From: Anthoceros angustus
Taxonomy: Eukaryota > Plantae > Anthocerotophyta
DNA: 64,000 nucleotides
Assembly (NCBI GenBank): GCA_010909165.1
Contig: VJWM01000103.1
Location: forward strand, 372,001 to 436,000
Direction: 5' to 3'
A program made the position numbers and the translations under genes. This document shows, in pieces, positions 62,801 to 64,000 of this stretch; positions within the stretch are counted from its first letter, which is position 1, and every line of letters begins with the position of its first letter. The notes under the pieces were generated by a model. That model saw only the letters and a list, made by a program, of their open reading frames with translations. It was not told where the DNA came from and searched no databases.

Positions 62801-64000
62801 CATGACGACCAGAGCCGAGAGGCTCGTGAAGGTGGCCAAGGAGGCGGAGGCCACGGAGGCCGATCGCGATCACTATCGGCGTGATCGAACCGTGGAGGGA
62901 GGCGGCCGAGAGCCACGCCAATCAAGGCCGAGCAGGTCATGAGCAAGCACGACAAGCCGCAAACACTGAGGCCAAGACCGGAAATCGGGGACCCTGGCGC
63001 AATGCAAGAGAAGGGAGGCGCAGGAGTTGGAGGACAAGAAGGACACCTTGGAGTTACAACCCAAGACGCTGAGCAGCAAGGAATTCTCAATGGGAGAATC
63101 CAGACTTCGAGCAGAGATAGAGCGCCTCAAGATGGAGCAGGAGGTGGCGAGCAAGCGCGACCAACCAGCCCAAGAAGTCGCCAAGGAGGTGGAGGATCTC
63201 CGCACTCCCGGAGGTGGAGCAGCGGAGATGGAGGACCGCAAGGAGACTTTGAGCCGCAGCCAAACTATCATTGAGAGGAATGGTAGCAGGACATGGTCGC
63301 GAACGCGACCGAGCGGAGCCCGCCCGCTGGCGGACGAGTCGAAGGCGATGGAACAGGAGCAGGACGCCGCCGAGATGGAAAAGGGCTGAAGCCCGCAGCC
63401 GGGCTGCGGCCCGACCGTCTGAGCGGAGATGGCGAGTTAATGAATGGACAAGGAGGCGAGGGCGCCTGGAAGAAGCCGGTCCACCGAGGAAGTCGAAGGG
63501 AACGCTGCTATGGCGGTGCAAGCCGGCAGCGAACGGAAACGGAGAGAGTTGGAGCAAGGGAGCAACAATGATCATGGAGGTGACCGAGGCACTGGCACCA
63601 TGAGAAGCAGCCCGCCTATCCAACCGGGAGGTGGAGCAACAAGCAACAGCCTCCCGAGCATCTATGGCGAAGGGAGACGGTGCTCCGCACACGGAAGAGG
63701 CAATCCAAAGTGGATTCGGACTTTGCCTATTACCACACCGAGCTCTGGTGAGGCCTCACGCCACAGACGGCCCGGAAGGCCCTGAGGGGAAGAAGGGCAC
63801 GGAGATGACAGGACCCTAGGGGCCCCTGCTTGGAGACGACGGCCAAGGAGGGGAGCCCTGAGGAGCGGGACGCAATGGACCCCAAGGTAAGTTCACCACC
63901 ACCCGATCCGGCCAGGGGGTGAGGGGCCCGCAGGGGTGCAACCGGGGAGCCAACCCGACCAAGACAAGGGTGGGTAAGGAGGAGGACCCAAAGACGAGGT
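50862..64000 (+). mobile_element. Near-complete non-chromoviral (Athila/Tat-like) Ty3/gypsy element: 5' LTR ~50862-55236, internal 55237-60579, 3' LTR from 60580 beyond the window end
   Basis: LTR end GCCACA plus PBS-like TTTTGGCGCTGTCGGGA at 55237. Gag knuckle CGDCKVGHMARLC; RT remnants WVAP, RKLNAATK, FTTEWG, FMRMVTNVF; integrase GGHYA..KKILRSG.WPTMY, PFEKW.ID, DRGTHFLNDVI. PPT GAGAAGGGGAG plus TGTGGAC at 60580. All frames are broken. Confidence 0.9.
51482..54343 (+). pseudogene. LTR-internal ORF of unknown function (~950 codons when frameshifts are bridged), with a coiled-coil-like C-terminal half
   Basis: Begins MAPK...EVWEPWNLVERNIVTR.YPDFGP...QEWHLDVF, continues NLLTKVDHLGDN, GKDYLR, ELEDKKDTLELQ..RAEIERLKME and KWIRTLPITTPS. 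The same peptides recur in the 3' LTR (from 61172) and the solo LTR (from 47512, -). Confidence 0.65.

Overview
Eukaryotic plant nuclear DNA, not prokaryotic: it has spliced genes and plant LEA and FPF1-like genes. A non-seed land plant is plausible but the sequence does not establish it. Bases 1-8,000 are a compact gene island: a 4-exon 2-oxoglutarate/Fe(II) dioxygenase with an inverted truncated paralog, two head-to-head LEA genes (one absent from the ORF track) and an intronless FPF1-like gene. The remaining ~56 kb is nested, decayed transposable elements: two Ty1/copia remnants, a Sola-like DDD transposase remnant, CACTA/EnSpm remnants, and a non-chromoviral Ty3/gypsy family with ~4.4 kb LTRs (one near-complete element, one solo LTR, several partial LTRs). 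Two observations stand out. (1) A retroelement-type aspartic protease reads in one frame into a C5 cytosine DNA methyltransferase domain (~20.3-21.6 kb), suggesting a DNMT-carrying retrotransposon in a land-plant context. (2) A ~950-codon protein-coding frame lies inside the giant gypsy LTRs and is conserved at the codon level between diverged copies. All calls were made by eye without searches. Boundaries of decayed elements are approximate, and dense small deletions in the repeats may partly be sequencing/consensus error.
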